A stretch of DNA of 64,000 bases. It comes from Clostridia bacterium (lineage in GTDB: Bacteria; Bacillota; Clostridia; Oscillospirales; CAG-272). Positions 33,071 to 42,102 of this stretch are shown one piece after another; position 1 is the stretch's first letter; each line of letters opens with the position of its first letter. The notes beneath the pieces are model-generated. The model did not search any database. It was not told the DNA's origin and was given only the letters and a program-made list of their open reading frames with translations. Position numbers and translations under genes: made by a program. Location: the NCBI GenBank assembly GCA_017504405.1, contig JAFVRG010000001.1, forward strand, positions 7,586-71,585. The letters run 5' to 3'.

Positions 33071-36000
33071 TTAATCCTTTACACCGGAGTCACCCTCAGG
33101 TGCTTCAACCGTGTAAATTATATCCATAGCGAGCTTAACGGTTTCGGAATCAAGTCCTGCAAAGCCGTTATCCCTCTGGCGTGAAGCTACGTAGTAGAAG
33201 CTCCTTGCGCTCAGAGTCTCGCCTCCAACCGTATCGGTCAGCGAGCCGTCCTCATTGTCGGCAGGCTCATCCGAGTATACGTATATCGTTCCGACAACAT
33301 CGCCGTCCTCATCGGTAATCAGAGCGTATGCTGCGAATACGTATGCCTCGTCCGCAGAGGACACGGCAGAGTATGCAAGCGATGACGTAAATTTACCGTC
33401 GGTTACCTTGTTTACACTCTCGCCAAGCACGGTATTCTTCACGGCATATGAGAGGTCATAGGTGAGAGTATCGCCGCCTGCCACAAGCTCCGAGAGCTTA
33501 GCATACAGGGTGCCTATCTCTACATTATAGCCCGCCTCTGCAAGCGCTGAGAGTGCATCTGTGGACACACCGTAGATTCCGAGCAGAACAGCTGCTCCGT
33601 TATCATTGCCAATCGAGTGACCGCCATAGGTTATAAGGCTGCCGACTCCGCCGCCTGCGGTATAGGAAACGGATATCTGCTTTTCCGTGTATCCTGCGCT
33701 GACGGTAAAGGTCGCCTTCTTCTGTTCGAAATCAAGGCTTATTGCGTCAAGGGTGGGAGCAACTATATCAACAGCACCCGTCGTTTTTACGTAGTCCTCT
33801 ATGTATTTCGAGATTGCGGAGAGGATTGCCTCCTTCGCCTTCGCCTCGCTCAGCGAGGAGATGAGGTCGATAGAAAGGCTTGCCGCCTCTATTGCCTCTG
33901 CGAATACTAAAACGGGGTCGTTTTTATGAGTTGTTTCTACCGTTGTCATGGGGTAAAGGTATGCGTTTGTTGCCGCCTCTATTGCCATTGCCAGCATATC
34001 GTGGCTGACCGAGCCGGGCTGAGTTGAGTTATCGGCAAGAATTTCCGTTTTGGAAATATCGTAACCGAACAAGGTCTTTACCCACAGCAGTGCAGATGCA
34101 AATCTCGCAACCTCATAATTCAGGTGAACGTCATTCTGGCGGTAAAGAACATTTCCGTTTTTGCCGTTGTTCTGGCTCATTGAGCCGAGATACGAGGTTT
34201 TGAGGTTTTCGAGCATCGACGAGCCCGAAATAACGGTGTCTATAACCTTATCTCCGACAATTTCCTCGCCGTCCTCGTCAAGCTCGTAGAGGGTGGGAAG
34301 GAAGTCGCTGTAAAACGTCCTCATATTGCTGAGCCTGCTCTGCGCATCGTAGGGGGCGAGCCAATGGTTAAACCATACGATTGGCGCATCAATGTCCAAA
34401 TCCCTGAACAGGCGGACAAATTTCTGCATATCCGATGCCAGCTGCTCATGCTTGCCCGAATCAAACGCCTCGTTATAATCCTGAAGAACTATTATATCCC
34501 AATCAAACGTCAGATACTTCTGAACGTTAGTCATCTGGTTAAATCCAAAGGTTTTTTCAACTCCGCTGATGTACACAAACGCATTCGTGTCGGTAGAGTC
34601 GGTGAGTGAGGTTTCGTAATGCGTGTTGAGCGTTCTGCCTCCGTAGGTCATTTCAACAAAAACGATTCTGTTGTCAGGGGCAAGCTCCTCTGTAATCGCC
34701 TTCAACCAATATCCGTCATCCACAGCTACTCCGCTACCAACCGAGTCGTTGGTGAGGCTGTTTCCTATCGCCAGAACGTTTCCGCTCATTATCTTCGACT
34801 CATAGCCAAACGCCTCTGCCCAGGCTTTTCCGAACGAGGCAATTGCAACGTAGAGCTCCATATCCTCAGAGCAGTCATCAAACGCATCCTTTGCGATATA
34901 CACAGTACCGTTACCGATATCAATGTTATCGGCAATCTCTGCTCCGATAAACGCACCCTTGCCAATAGATGCTACCGAGTCGGCAACACGTGCGCTCTTC
35001 AGCTTTATCATATTGTTAAAGGCGTAAGAGCCAACGTGAGTTACGCCCTGGCAAACCTCGATATACTCTATCTCGTTTACGTATCCGTACTCATACCAAC
35101 GGGGTGTGAAGTACGCCTCGGCGGTATAGTCCATCATTTTTCCGTCGCCTATTATAAGCAGCCGTTTATCCTGCGTGTAGAGCCACGAGGTATCGTCGTT
35201 TATAGGCGCAGAATCGGTTATCAGGCTGTATTCAAATTCATATCCCTTCTCAGCTGCCGAGGCAAACGCGTTTATCATCTTCGAGCCTGCGGGCACGTAG
35301 TACCTTGCCCTCTCGCTCTGCGACATCGGTTGCAGGCAGGCGGCAAGGTGTGAGGTAAGAGAAGCCGTCGTGCTCATAACAACAACGGTTTTCAGATTGG
35401 GGCATGCGCCGAACATATTTAAGCTACCCGTTATTGTCGAGGGGATATAGATATATTCAAGAGCAAAGCACTGCTGCGCTACCTGCGCATTCGCAATACT
35501 TGTTACACCCTCGGGTATTACTATCGACTTCAGAGCGTGGCAATAGCCAATCGGAGACAGTGTTCTCACAGTCGAGGGATATACTATTTCTTCAAGGGCA
35601 TAATATCTTTCAATAAGATATATGTATCCGCTTGACGGTGCTATCGAGGTGATGCCCTCGCCAAACACGAGCTTTCTTATTTTACCGCTCCACTCGTTAT
35701 GCCAAGGAGCGGTCTCTCTCGTCATTGTCAGCGCGCCCGAGCCGTTCACGGTCAACGTCAATTCCTCATCAATAAACCATGTGAACGCACTTCCCGCACT
35801 GCCGTCGGCAGAACAGGAGCCGGATGCGATAATCTCTGCCTCACCCTTCTCTGCCCACTTAGCAACCAGATGCACGTCATCCTCTACTGCCGAGGTAAAA
35901 TCCCAGAGCAGTCCGTCGTGATACCAGCCGCTGAACACCCAGCCCGAGCGCTCAGGCGCACCGGGGTCCTTAACCTTATCACCCATCGAAAGAAGCTGGG

Positions 36001-36784
36001 ACTCAAAGCTCTGTGCTCCGTCGGAGTCAAAGGACACGGTTAAAATTTCCGATGCGGACCTGTAACGGGCAACCAGATTCAAATCCTCGGTTACCTCGCC
36101 CGTGCTGAAATTCCATTTCGTATCGCCGTTGAACCAACCGATAAACAGCATTCCGTCCTTGCTGGGGGCGTCGGGCTCTGTTGCAAACGAGCCGTGGTCC
36201 ACCGTCTGGTCGGGGTATTCGCCTGCGCCGCCGGAATCAAAGCTTACCGTATGCTTGATTTCGGGGGGATTGTCTATTATCCACCTTGCCGTCAGAGTCA
36301 TATCCTCCTCTGCATAGTAGGCAGAAAAGCTCCATTTTTCCTCGCCGTTATACCAGCCGTCGAAGGTGTAGCCGTCCCTTGTGGGGTCTGCGGGCTTATC
36401 TATTTTTTGTCTGCCCGTTATTGAGAGCGTCGAGGTCGTATCACCGTTTTCAAAACCGCCGCCGTTGCAGTCAAAGGTTACAGTAGCCTTATTTTCCAAG
36501 GTCTCCTGCCACTTTGCTGTCAGAGTGATGTCCTCATTTACGTAATAGGACGAAAAGCTCCACTTTTCCTCGCCGTTATACCAGCCGTCAAAGGTGTAGC
36601 CGTCCTTTTGGGGATCCGTTGGCTTTGCCAGCTTTTCACCCTTATTCAGTGTGACAGCCGCAACCTCGCTGCCGCCGCCCGAGTCGAAGCTGACCGTAAC
36701 CGTCTCATCAGCACACGCAATTGCCATAGGCAACAGCATTGCAAAAACGAGCATCAGCGCCAGCACCTTGGATATTTTTTTCAT
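33071..36784 (-). CDS. Large surface protein (1237 aa) with four Listeria-Bacteroides (Flg_new) repeats, BspA-type leucine-rich repeats, an SGNH/DUF4886-like domain and a C-terminal beta-rich domain
   Basis: Signal peptide MKKISKVLALMLVFAMLLPMAIAC. Four copies of the pattern V(T/S)FDSGGG...P.(R/K)DGYTFDGWYNGEEKWSFS.Y...D(I/M)TLTA(K/R)W. The LRR_5-like stretch reads ITSIAPS...VRTLSPIGYCHALKSIVIPEGVTSIANAQVAQQCFALEYIYIPSTI. The SGNH-like block reads VLAIGNSLTNDS...IVLQDYNE. Confidence 0.75.
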   Translation of the reverse strand: MKKISKVLALMLVFAMLLPMAIACADETVTVSFDSGGGSEVAAVTLNKGEKLAKPTDPQKDGYTFDGWYNGEEKWSFSSYYVNEDITLTAKWQETLENKATVTFDCNGGGFENGDTTSTLSITGRQKIDKPADPTRDGYTFDGWYNGEEKWSFSAYYAEEDMTLTARWIIDNPPEIKHTVSFDSGGAGEYPDQTVDHGSFATEPDAPSKDGMLFIGWFNGDTKWNFSTGEVTEDLNLVARYRSASEILTVSFDSDGAQSFESQLLSMGDKVKDPGAPERSGWVFSGWYHDGLLWDFTSAVEDDVHLVAKWAEKGEAEIIASGSCSADGSAGSAFTWFIDEELTLTVNGSGALTMTRETAPWHNEWSGKIRKLVFGEGITSIAPSSGYIYLIERYYALEEIVYPSTVRTLSPIGYCHALKSIVIPEGVTSIANAQVAQQCFALEYIYIPSTITGSLNMFGACPNLKTVVVMSTTASLTSHLAACLQPMSQSERARYYVPAGSKMINAFASAAEKGYEFEYSLITDSAPINDDTSWLYTQDKRLLIIGDGKMMDYTAEAYFTPRWYEYGYVNEIEYIEVCQGVTHVGSYAFNNMIKLKSARVADSVASIGKGAFIGAEIADNIDIGNGTVYIAKDAFDDCSEDMELYVAIASFGKAWAEAFGYESKIMSGNVLAIGNSLTNDSVGSGVAVDDGYWLKAITEELAPDNRIVFVEMTYGGRTLNTHYETSLTDSTDTNAFVYISGVEKTFGFNQMTNVQKYLTFDWDIIVLQDYNEAFDSGKHEQLASDMQKFVRLFRDLDIDAPIVWFNHWLAPYDAQSRLSNMRTFYSDFLPTLYELDEDGEEIVGDKVIDTVISGSSMLENLKTSYLGSMSQNNGKNGNVLYRQNDVHLNYEVARFASALLWVKTLFGYDISKTEILADNSTQPGSVSHDMLAMAIEAATNAYLYPMTTVETTHKNDPVLVFAEAIEAASLSIDLISSLSEAKAKEAILSAISKYIEDYVKTTGAVDIVAPTLDAISLDFEQKKATFTVSAGYTEKQISVSYTAGGGVGSLITYGGHSIGNDNGAAVLLGIYGVSTDALSALAEAGYNVEIGTLYAKLSELVAGGDTLTYDLSYAVKNTVLGESVNKVTDGKFTSSLAYSAVSSADEAYVFAAYALITDEDGDVVGTIYVYSDEPADNEDGSLTDTVGGETLSARSFYYVASRQRDNGFAGLDSETVKLAMDIIYTVEAPEGDSGVKD

Positions 36785-36976
36785 TTCCTTCTCCTTTAAA
36801 TACTTTTTGTATTATATTTTTATTATACAATAATCCCATTTCAATGTAAATTGTGACATATCACAAAAAAATATGCCTTATTTTGTCTATATTGACTATG
36901 CATTATTTTAAATTTAATTGACTTATCTTTATTTTTATGTTATTATTTATCTATTAAGCGAAAAGGGGGCACAATT

Positions 36977-37768
36977 ATGAGCAAAACAGGGTATGCTCTG
37001 TTTTTCGATATAGACGGCACGCTTTATTTTGACGGAAAAATATCCGAGGAAAACGTCCGTGAGCTCAACCGTGTGCGTGAAAACGGCAATATGATATTCA
37101 TAAACACAGGCCGTTCATACGGATACTGCCCGCCCGAGCTTGTAGGCGGCGAGGTTTTGTGGAGCGGATTCGTGTGCGGCTCCTCCTACGTCTATGCAAA
37201 CGGCAGAGTTTTATGTGATAAGCGTCTTTCCCGTGAGTGCGTGGGTAAGGTAATTGATTTTTGCATTGAGCGATGCCTTTGCGCAGTTCTGGAGGGCGTG
37301 GACAACGCCTACTTCATTATCCCCGACGGCGCAGACGATTCCTTTTTCACAAAAACGTCGTTCAAAAAGGGCGCTGCCGAAACCGTCAGAGATAATTTTG
37401 ACTCCTTCCTTCGCTCAGAGGCGGCAGAAAAAATAACTAAAATATCGTTTCTCACCCCCCTTTCGCCAGAGGACGTGAGTGGATTTGATGAGCTGTGGTT
37501 TATCCACTTTGACACCTACACCGAGGGAATACTCAGAGGCTATACTAAGGCATCGGGCATCTCGGTTATCGAGAAGGAGCTTGCCGTTCCCCACGAAAAA
37601 ACGGTAGCCTTCGGCGACAGCGCAAACGATATAGAGGCTCTCGATTATGCACATACGTCTGTGCTGGTAATGCACGGGGGCTCGGCAATGACAAACTATC
37701 CTGCAACAGAAAAAATCACGGGAGAGCCCACTACGGCAATCGCCCGTTATCTGAAAGAGAACTTTTGA
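36977..37768 (+). CDS. HAD-superfamily hydrolase, Cof-type
   Basis: Motif I FFDIDGTL and motif IV FGDSANDIEAL. 263 aa. Confidence 0.8.
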   Translation: MSKTGYALFFDIDGTLYFDGKISEENVRELNRVRENGNMIFINTGRSYGYCPPELVGGEVLWSGFVCGSSYVYANGRVLCDKRLSRECVGKVIDFCIERCLCAVLEGVDNAYFIIPDGADDSFFTKTSFKKGAAETVRDNFDSFLRSEAAEKITKISFLTPLSPEDVSGFDELWFIHFDTYTEGILRGYTKASGISVIEKELAVPHEKTVAFGDSANDIEALDYAHTSVLVMHGGSAMTNYPATEKITGEPTTAIARYLKENF

Positions 37769-37769
37769 T

Positions 37770-38678
37770 ATGAAAACCGTTTTACTTAACGAGGAATACA
37801 GGTGCAAGGACTCCTGTGTGCTTGCGCTCGGTTTTTTTGACGGAGTGCACGCAGGACACAAGAAAATATTAAGCGCCGCCGTCGACAGAGCGAGAGTGGC
37901 AGGGCTTTACTCCGCCGTTTTCACATTCTGGGACACCGATGGCTTTAAGTCAAGCGTTCCGAGAATTATGCCCGAGACGCAGAAGTTTGAGATTTTTCGT
38001 AGCATGGGCTTCGATTATCTTTTCATCTGCTCCTTTGACGACGTAAGGGAGATGAGCGGCGAGGATTTCGTGCGCAAGGTGCTTTTGGATAAATGCTCTG
38101 CTCGCTTTGTGGTGTGCGGAGAAAATTTCCGCTTCGGTCACGACCGCTCGAGTGCCGCAGATACTCTCGGCAAAGCTCTTGGAGCTGACAGGGTTATTGT
38201 GTGCGAGGAGGAAAGGCAAAATGGAGTGTGCATTTCCTCAACTCTCATTCGCTCCCTGATACAAAACGGCGATATTGAGCGTGCAAACTCTATGCTGAGC
38301 GCACCCTACTCGCTTGAGGGCGAGGTTCTGCACGGCAAGGAGCTGGGCAGGCGTCTTGACGCCCCCACCCTCAACCAGCAGTTTTTTGACCGCTCGGTTT
38401 TACCGAAGGCGGGTGTGTACGCAACGAGAGCCATAGTCAGCGGTCACGCCTACCCCGCAGTCACAAACGTAGGAACACGCCCGACGGTGGACGGACACGG
38501 AATAAACGCCGAAACGCATATTATAGGCTTTGAGGGCGATTTGTACGGACACAACGTGCGCATTGAATTTTTAAAATATCTGCGTGGTGAGAGAAAATTT
38601 TTGTCAATAGATGCGCTGAAGGCGCAAATACATAAGGATATAGGAGATGCCATAGAATATGAGCGAAGTATGGAATAA
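37770..38678 (+). CDS. ribF: Bifunctional riboflavin kinase / FMN adenylyltransferase
   Basis: 302 aa. N-terminal LALGFFDGVHAGHKKIL (nucleotidyltransferase) and C-terminal GKELGRRL..PTLN...GVYA...NVGTRPT (riboflavin kinase). Confidence 0.9.
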   Translation: MKTVLLNEEYRCKDSCVLALGFFDGVHAGHKKILSAAVDRARVAGLYSAVFTFWDTDGFKSSVPRIMPETQKFEIFRSMGFDYLFICSFDDVREMSGEDFVRKVLLDKCSARFVVCGENFRFGHDRSSAADTLGKALGADRVIVCEEERQNGVCISSTLIRSLIQNGDIERANSMLSAPYSLEGEVLHGKELGRRLDAPTLNQQFFDRSVLPKAGVYATRAIVSGHAYPAVTNVGTRPTVDGHGINAETHIIGFEGDLYGHNVRIEFLKYLRGERKFLSIDALKAQIHKDIGDAIEYERSME

Positions 38679-39576
38679 AATAACCGTTCGAGGCAGAAAA
38701 TGCGACCTCGACACCATTTGCGCCGTTGTCAGCATGGTTGACGAGGGGCTGCTCATTGAGGATTTTTCCGACGTCAAAATAAACGAAATGTACGGCGACC
38801 TCATTGACGAATCTGTTTTGTCCGCAGACCCCGACAAAATCTCGGTTTCGATTTTCCTATCGGACGAAAACAACCCTCTCGACAGCATTTCCTTTATCAG
38901 GGACAGACTCGTATCACTCGGAATAGAGTGCTCTGTTGAGTGTGAGGGCATACGGGAGGAGGACTGGGCAGAAACCTGGAAAAAGTACTATCACCCCGTC
39001 AGCCTCGGAAGGATAACGGTGGTCCCCGCATGGGAGGACTATACCGCAAAAGACGGAGAGGTTGTCGTTAAAATGGACCCCGGTATGGCATTCGGCACGG
39101 GAACACACGAAACGACGAGGCTGGTTATCCGTATGCTCCAGGAGGAGATTGTGGGCGGCGAGCGTGTGCTCGACATCGGAACAGGCAGCGGAATTCTCGC
39201 AATCTGCGCATCAAAGCTGGGTGCCGGCTACTGCGGAGCCTACGACATTGACCCCGACGCCGTAAGGGTAGCGAGAGAAAACGTCGAAAAGGACGGAGCT
39301 AAAAACGTGGAGTGCGGCGTTTCCGACCTACTTCTCGGAGTTGATATTTCAAAGGGAAAATACGACCTCGTCGTCGCAAATATAGTTGCGGACATAATTT
39401 TGCGCCTGCTGCCCGACCTCGGCAATTATATGAATGACGGCGCAAGAGCAATTCTGTCGGGTATAATTGAGCCCCGACTGCCCGAAATACGCAACGCTAT
39501 GGAAGAAAACGGATTTTTGTCGGTAAGGGAGCTGCACGAAAACGACTGGTGCGCCCTTCTGGTTGAAAAGAGGTAA
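38659..39576 (+). CDS. prmA: Ribosomal protein L11 methyltransferase
   Basis: 305 aa with the SAM motif VLDIGTGSGILAI and the PrmA-typical block KYYHPVSLGRITVVPAWE. Confidence 0.9.
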   Translation: MSEVWNKITVRGRKCDLDTICAVVSMVDEGLLIEDFSDVKINEMYGDLIDESVLSADPDKISVSIFLSDENNPLDSISFIRDRLVSLGIECSVECEGIREEDWAETWKKYYHPVSLGRITVVPAWEDYTAKDGEVVVKMDPGMAFGTGTHETTRLVIRMLQEEIVGGERVLDIGTGSGILAICASKLGAGYCGAYDIDPDAVRVARENVEKDGAKNVECGVSDLLLGVDISKGKYDLVVANIVADIILRLLPDLGNYMNDGARAILSGIIEPRLPEIRNAMEENGFLSVRELHENDWCALLVEKR

Positions 39577-39579
39577 TAT

Positions 39580-40314
39580 ATGCCGAGATTTTTTGTAAAT
39601 TCTGCGAATATATCTGACGGCTACGTAACGCTTTCGGGCGATAATGCCCGCCATATATCCTTCTCCTTGCGAATGGCGTGCGGCGAGTTAATCACCGTAT
39701 GCGACGGCACGGGCACGGAGTACAAGGCAGAGCTGTGTGAATTTCACGAGGGCTCAGTGCGTGCAAAAATTCTATCTCAAAAGGCAAGCGACAGCGAGCT
39801 TTCTGTCCGTGTAACGCTCTATCAGGGCTATCCGAAATCGGATAAGCTCGAATTTATAATTCAAAAAGCGGTGGAGCTCGGCGCATCGAAAATCGTTCCG
39901 TTTGAGAGCGAGCACTGCATAAAGCGCCCCGATGCGGAAAAATCCGCAAAGCGCAGCCTGCGTTTTTCAAAAATCGCAGAGGAGGCGGCGAAGCAATGCG
40001 GGCGTGCCGTTATACCGAGCGTGTCATTGCCCGTTCCGTTTGAAACGGCGCTCTCTCTGGCAATCAAAGAAAATGATGCGGTTTTATTCTGCTACGAGGG
40101 CGGCGGTGCCCCGATAACCGAGCTTATACGGGAAAACAAAAATGCAAAATCCATAGCCGTTTTTGTCGGCAGTGAGGGCGGATTCTCGGAAAACGAGGCA
40201 GCTCTTGCAAAAAATAACGGCGCTCGCCTATGCGGTCTTGGCAACAGAATTTTGCGCTGTGAAACGGCTCCTCTGTTCGCTCTTTCTGCGATTGTTTGCG
40301 GATTTGAGCTGTGA
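39580..40314 (+). CDS. rsmE: 16S rRNA (uracil1498-N3)-methyltransferase
   Basis: 244 aa. The N-terminus MPRFFV...ARHISFSLRM and the C-terminal SPOUT knot VGSEGGFSENE...LGNRILRCETA are typical. The prmA-rsmE gene order is also typical. Confidence 0.9.
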   Translation: MPRFFVNSANISDGYVTLSGDNARHISFSLRMACGELITVCDGTGTEYKAELCEFHEGSVRAKILSQKASDSELSVRVTLYQGYPKSDKLEFIIQKAVELGASKIVPFESEHCIKRPDAEKSAKRSLRFSKIAEEAAKQCGRAVIPSVSLPVPFETALSLAIKENDAVLFCYEGGGAPITELIRENKNAKSIAVFVGSEGGFSENEAALAKNNGARLCGLGNRILRCETAPLFALSAIVCGFEL

Positions 40315-40485
40315 TAAACCAATTCGTTTTGTACATTTTCAATAAATTTTAATATGACTTTTTGTGCTTTTTTTCAAAAAACTATTGAAATGTATCAAAA
40401 AATAGTGTAGAATATAGTACAGTATTACCAAAAAGTCGAAAAAATCAACTTTTTTACGACAATTTATAAAAGGGGAATGAAAAAT

Positions 40486-41571
40486 ATGTCCAATCGCCTG
40501 TATCAAAATGTTATATCGCAAATGAAAAATGCAACACAGAGCACAATAGGTGTTCTTGACAAGAACGGTATCATTGTAGCCTGCAGTGACTTCCAAAAAG
40601 TAGGAGAGGTCAAGATGAAGGCTATGAAGGCCCTTGCCTTTTCAGGTGAGGAGGCAATCTGCGAGGGATATACATACCGCTTTGTAAACATTCAGGATAA
40701 GGATTCGGTTATTGCCTTCGTTGAGGGTGATAACGCAGTGGCAAGCCAGACGGTGCAGCTCATCTGCGTTTCGCTTCTTAACATCAAGGAGCTTTACGAC
40801 GAGAAATACGACAAAAACTCCTTCATAAAGAATATAATGCTCGACAATATTCTCCCGAGCGACGTTTACGTGAAGAGCAAGGAGCTTGCTCTTGACGGCG
40901 AAATACATCACGTCGTTATGATAATCAAATTCCTCTCGCACACAGATATTCTCCCTCTCGAGATAGTGCAGTCGATATTTGCTGACAGGAGCGCAGATTA
41001 CGTTGTCTCTGTCGGCGAGCAGGATGTTGTCCTCGTCCGTCAGGTAGAGGGTGAAACCGAGGTTGAGGAGTTTGAGAAGCTGGGCGAGACCGTCGTCGAG
41101 ACGATAGGCAGTGAATTTTACGCCAAGGTTTGCGTGGGCATCAGCTCCGTCACCGATAACATAAAGGATCTGGCAAAGGCATACAAGGAGGCACGCATCT
41201 CCCTTGAGGTCGGTAAGGTATTTGACCTCGAGAGAAACGTTCTCTGCTACGAAAGTCTTGGCATCGGACGTCTGATTTATCAGCTTCCCGTAACCCTTTG
41301 CGACGTATTTATGCAGGAGGTGTTCAAGAAGGGCTCGCTCGAATCTCTCGACTCGGATACTCTTATGACCGTGCAGAGTTTTTTCAAGAACAACCTTAAC
41401 GTATCCGAAACCTCCCGTGCGCTGTTCGTGCACCGTAACACTCTCGTATACAGACTCGAGAAAATACGCAAAATCACAGGGCTCGACCTGCGTAAATTCG
41501 AGCACGCAGTAACCTTCAAGGTTGCGCTGATGGTTAAGAAATACCTTACCAACAGACCCACTAAATTCTGA
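40486..41571 (+). CDS. PucR/CdaR-family transcriptional regulator
   Basis: C-terminal HTH NLNVSETSRALFVHRNTLVYRLEKIRKITGLDL. The start is moved to the ATG at 40486, 10 nt from the AGGGG SD. The ATG at 40477 remains possible. Confidence 0.75.
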   Translation: MSNRLYQNVISQMKNATQSTIGVLDKNGIIVACSDFQKVGEVKMKAMKALAFSGEEAICEGYTYRFVNIQDKDSVIAFVEGDNAVASQTVQLICVSLLNIKELYDEKYDKNSFIKNIMLDNILPSDVYVKSKELALDGEIHHVVMIIKFLSHTDILPLEIVQSIFADRSADYVVSVGEQDVVLVRQVEGETEVEEFEKLGETVVETIGSEFYAKVCVGISSVTDNIKDLAKAYKEARISLEVGKVFDLERNVLCYESLGIGRLIYQLPVTLCDVFMQEVFKKGSLESLDSDTLMTVQSFFKNNLNVSETSRALFVHRNTLVYRLEKIRKITGLDLRKFEHAVTFKVALMVKKYLTNRPTKF

Positions 41572-41596
41572 TAATTAAACCAAAGGAGATTATATA

Positions 41597-42082
41597 ATGT
41601 CAAAAACCGTGAACTATACCGCCGCTGACTTCAAGGCGCTCGAGGAAGAGCTTGACTACCTCAAAAACGTTAAGCGTGAGGAAAACAAGAAGGAAATTTC
41701 GAGAGCAAGAAGCTTTGGCGACCTCTCCGAGAACAGCGAATATGATGAGGCGAAGGCTGAGCAGGCTAAAATAGCCGCACGCATCGCCGAGCTTGAAAAT
41801 ATGATAAACAACGCCCATGTCATCGACGAGGCGGAGACCGACGCATCGGTAATCAGCCTTGGCTCTGTTACAAGGGTTAAAAACCTTGCAAGCGGCCAGG
41901 AAAAGGAATACACCATCGTCGGCTCATTCACAGCAGACCCCTTCTCGGGCAAAATATCCGACCTCTCCCCGATAGGCAGAGCGCTCATCGGCGCTAAGAC
42001 AGGCGACGTTGTAGACGTGCTCCTGCCCAACGGCAAGGATGCAAAGCTCGAGGTTATCAGCGTAGCAAGAGCGTCAGTTTAA
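41597..42082 (+). CDS. greA: Transcription elongation factor GreA
   Basis: 161 aa with a coiled-coil N-terminus, the motif RSFGDLSENSEYDEAK and a C-terminal FKBP-like domain. Confidence 0.9.
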   Translation: MSKTVNYTAADFKALEEELDYLKNVKREENKKEISRARSFGDLSENSEYDEAKAEQAKIAARIAELENMINNAHVIDEAETDASVISLGSVTRVKNLASGQEKEYTIVGSFTADPFSGKISDLSPIGRALIGAKTGDVVDVLLPNGKDAKLEVISVARASV

Positions 42083-42102
42083 TAATTTAAAAGGATAGAA
42101 AA

